Source: Guillardia theta CCMP2712
Taxonomy: Eukaryota; Protista; Cryptophyta
Length of the DNA stretch: 32,570 nt
Reading direction: 5' to 3'
NCBI RefSeq assembly: GCF_000315625.1
Contig: NW_005434594.1
Span: forward strand, 375,946 to 408,515
Shown here: piece by piece, positions 30,775 through 32,570 of the stretch
Layout of the letters: every line of letters begins with the position of its first letter
How positions within the stretch are numbered: the first letter of the stretch is position 1
The notes under the pieces: model-generated
The model's database searches: none
Told to the model about the DNA's origin: nothing
Seen by the model: the letters and a program-made list of their open reading frames with translations, nothing else
Translations under genes and position numbers: made by a program

Positions 30775-31605
30775 CCGTCGGACCGAGCGATAAGGCAGCG
30801 AGACTAGGAGAGCAGCAGAGCTCTGCAGGACTTTGAGGACGAGCGGTGAGGGGCAGCTACCCCGAGCCTGCAAGGTTGGAAGTCATCTTTTGAGCTCTTA
30901 ACGTGACTGCGCTACTCAATACATAGAGAAACAAGTTGAATGAGGCCTGAGGGGAGGGGCCGCTGACTCTATTCAGCCATCATGGCAGCAGCGAACTGAG
31001 ACAGTTTGAGCCATCTGAGCCTGAAGAGAAACTAACAAGGATCCCCCTAGTGACGGCGAGTGATGCGGGAAGAGCTGAAAAGCTGACTCAATTGGAGCCC
31101 GATGATAGTCTGTGACTCACGGGGAGCTCCCGCGCCAGTCACTGTAACCGCCGGTACTATACTAGTACGGTCACTGCCAAGTGACATGACGCGGCTGTTG
31201 GCCCCGGCGACACTGCCGTGCGGGGCGGCCGTGCCGGGCTGGGCCGGCCCCAGAGTCCGACGGGGCGCGGCCCCCCGCCGGGATGGTGAGCCGGCCATGC
31301 CCCCGTACGGTGGGCGTCCAGCCGGACTCGGGGCGGACCCGGCACGGTCACCCCCCCCGGGGCGGGGGGGCTACCGTACACTGGGCTCAACAAACTCGGC
31401 GTACCGTACGGTACAGTGGCAGGTCCGAGTCGGTGAGTCCGACTCAGACCGCCGGGCCGCCGGGCCCCGGCCGCCCGGGCCCGGCGGGCGCGGACTCCTG
31501 TGACCGCCGATCGGATCTTTTACTCAAAGTTAAGTTAACTCGGATCCTGTACCGGCGTTCCCGGGGCTACCGGCGGCGCTACTGAAGAGACTGGCCAAGG
31601 CGACG

Positions 31606-32523
31606 ATGGCGGCGGCAGGTGGGGAGACGCTGGAGGAGGGTGGAAGAGGAAGCGCTGAACATGGATGGAGTGAGAGGAGGAGAGCAAGTGGAGGTAAGGA
31701 GCCAGAAGAGCAGAGCAGAGCAGAGCAGCAGATGATGGCAGAGGGGAGGAGAGCAGACTGACAGCGAAAGAGAAGAAGGATAAGAACGGGCGAGAGGAGA
31801 GGAAAGAAATGCAAGTGAGGAGAACAACCCAGACATCTGCCCTTGAACTTGGAGTGAGACATAGGGAAGTGAGGCTTGTGGAGCACTGCAGGCCGAGAGG
31901 ATCAGCATAGCCTTGTATTATGGATAGAAAGACGTGCAGGACAGATAGGGCTGTGAATGGCATGTTAGATAGCTTGTCTCCAGTTGCTCTTGTCTCTAAT
32001 GCCCTGGAGAGGAGATAGTTGAAGAGTCCTGAAGCATGTTGGAGATGATAGACAGGACGGGTGTGATGGTAGAGTCCCTCACGGCACTTGACAGGTGTAG
32101 GGCTGCTAATGCAGTTCGATCCGACTGCTCTTTGTGTTGTGATCAAGGGATGCGTCAAGGGAGGAGCAGCCGATCGCGACGGGAGGATAGAGGTTCAATG
32201 CTCCTCTAGCTCAGGCACGCGGGCTGACGAGGGTGTAGGCGAGCGATGTGATCGTTGCCGTGGACGGGGTGGAGGCGCGGGACAAGAGCATCGAGCAAGT
32301 GCGCGAGATGATCATCGGACCCCAGGGCTCCTCCGTGACGCTCAAACTCAAGAAGGCGCAGGGAGAGACGCTGGAGGTCTGGCGAGCGCATGGCAGCAGC
32401 TGGTAACGGTGACGGCAGAGCGTGCTGGTGCGAGGAACGCCGGAGTACCTCGACTCCCTGGGAGGTCGAGCAAACCAGACGGTCGGGGAGGTCTCAGCGT
32501 CTACTGCACGGGAGGGCGAGCAG
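31606..32523 (+). CDS. PDZ-domain protein, 5' part, join(31606..31618,32095..32192,32239..32376,32419..32523), continuing past the window
   Basis: Spliced translation MAAAG|VGLLMQFDPTALCVVIKGCVKGGAADRDGRIE|ASDVIVAVDGVEARDKSIEQVREMIIGPQGSSVTLKLKKAQGETLE|SVLVRGTPEYLDSL... is a typical PDZ fold (GVGL loop, GGAA..DGRI..D.I.AVDG). Introns are GT-AG, 476, 46 and 42 nt. The first micro-exon is less certain. Absent from the ORF track. Confidence 0.85.
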
Positions 32524-32570
32524 GTGGAGAGGAGGAAGGGGAGGGAGGGAGGAGGGGGAGGGAGGGAGGG

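Larger units (their letters stand above)
8403..31073 (+). repeat. Tandem array of six near-identical ~3.9-kb units (C/T-rich leader + RBR gene + 3' region + GC-rich spacer)
   Basis: ATG-to-ATG periods are 3855, 3903, 3903, 3910 and 3909 bp (the third and fifth span N-gaps). High identity starts at ~8403 (CCCACAAACAAC) and ends at ~31073. Confidence 0.97.

Noticed and set aside
8403-31073. Repeat unit as a transposon, retroelement or provirus
   Set aside because: No transposase, reverse transcriptase, integrase, capsid gene, LTR or terminal inverted repeats are visible; each unit carries only the E3 ligase gene.

Overview
Eukaryotic nuclear DNA with short GT-AG introns (mostly 42-54 nt), microsatellite-filled longer introns and GC-rich palindromic intergenic islands. 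The style suggests a cryptophyte alga such as Guillardia theta (inference only). Left to right: (1) a large multi-exon minus-strand gene (<1..~5297, >=1375 aa in my manual model, running off the left edge) with armadillo-like repeats, EF-hand-like and low-complexity segments, and a TIR domain. The TIR domain is split over three exons, is not visible in the ORF track, and retains the NADase-type catalytic Glu, giving a SARM1-like ARM...TIR architecture. (2) A two-exon RWP-RK transcription factor (6708..7282, +). (3) A ~22.7 kb head-to-tail array of six near-identical ~3.9 kb units, each carrying an apparently intronless, atypical RBR (RING1-IBR-RING2, Ariadne-like) E3 ubiquitin ligase; copy 2 is frameshifted and two N-gaps interrupt the array. 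(4) The 5' part of a multi-exon PDZ-domain gene (31606..>32570, +). An 18-bp motif, TACTCAAAGTTAAGTTAA, recurs upstream of the plus-strand genes and brackets the array. All gene models and domain calls are by eye; no searches were run.
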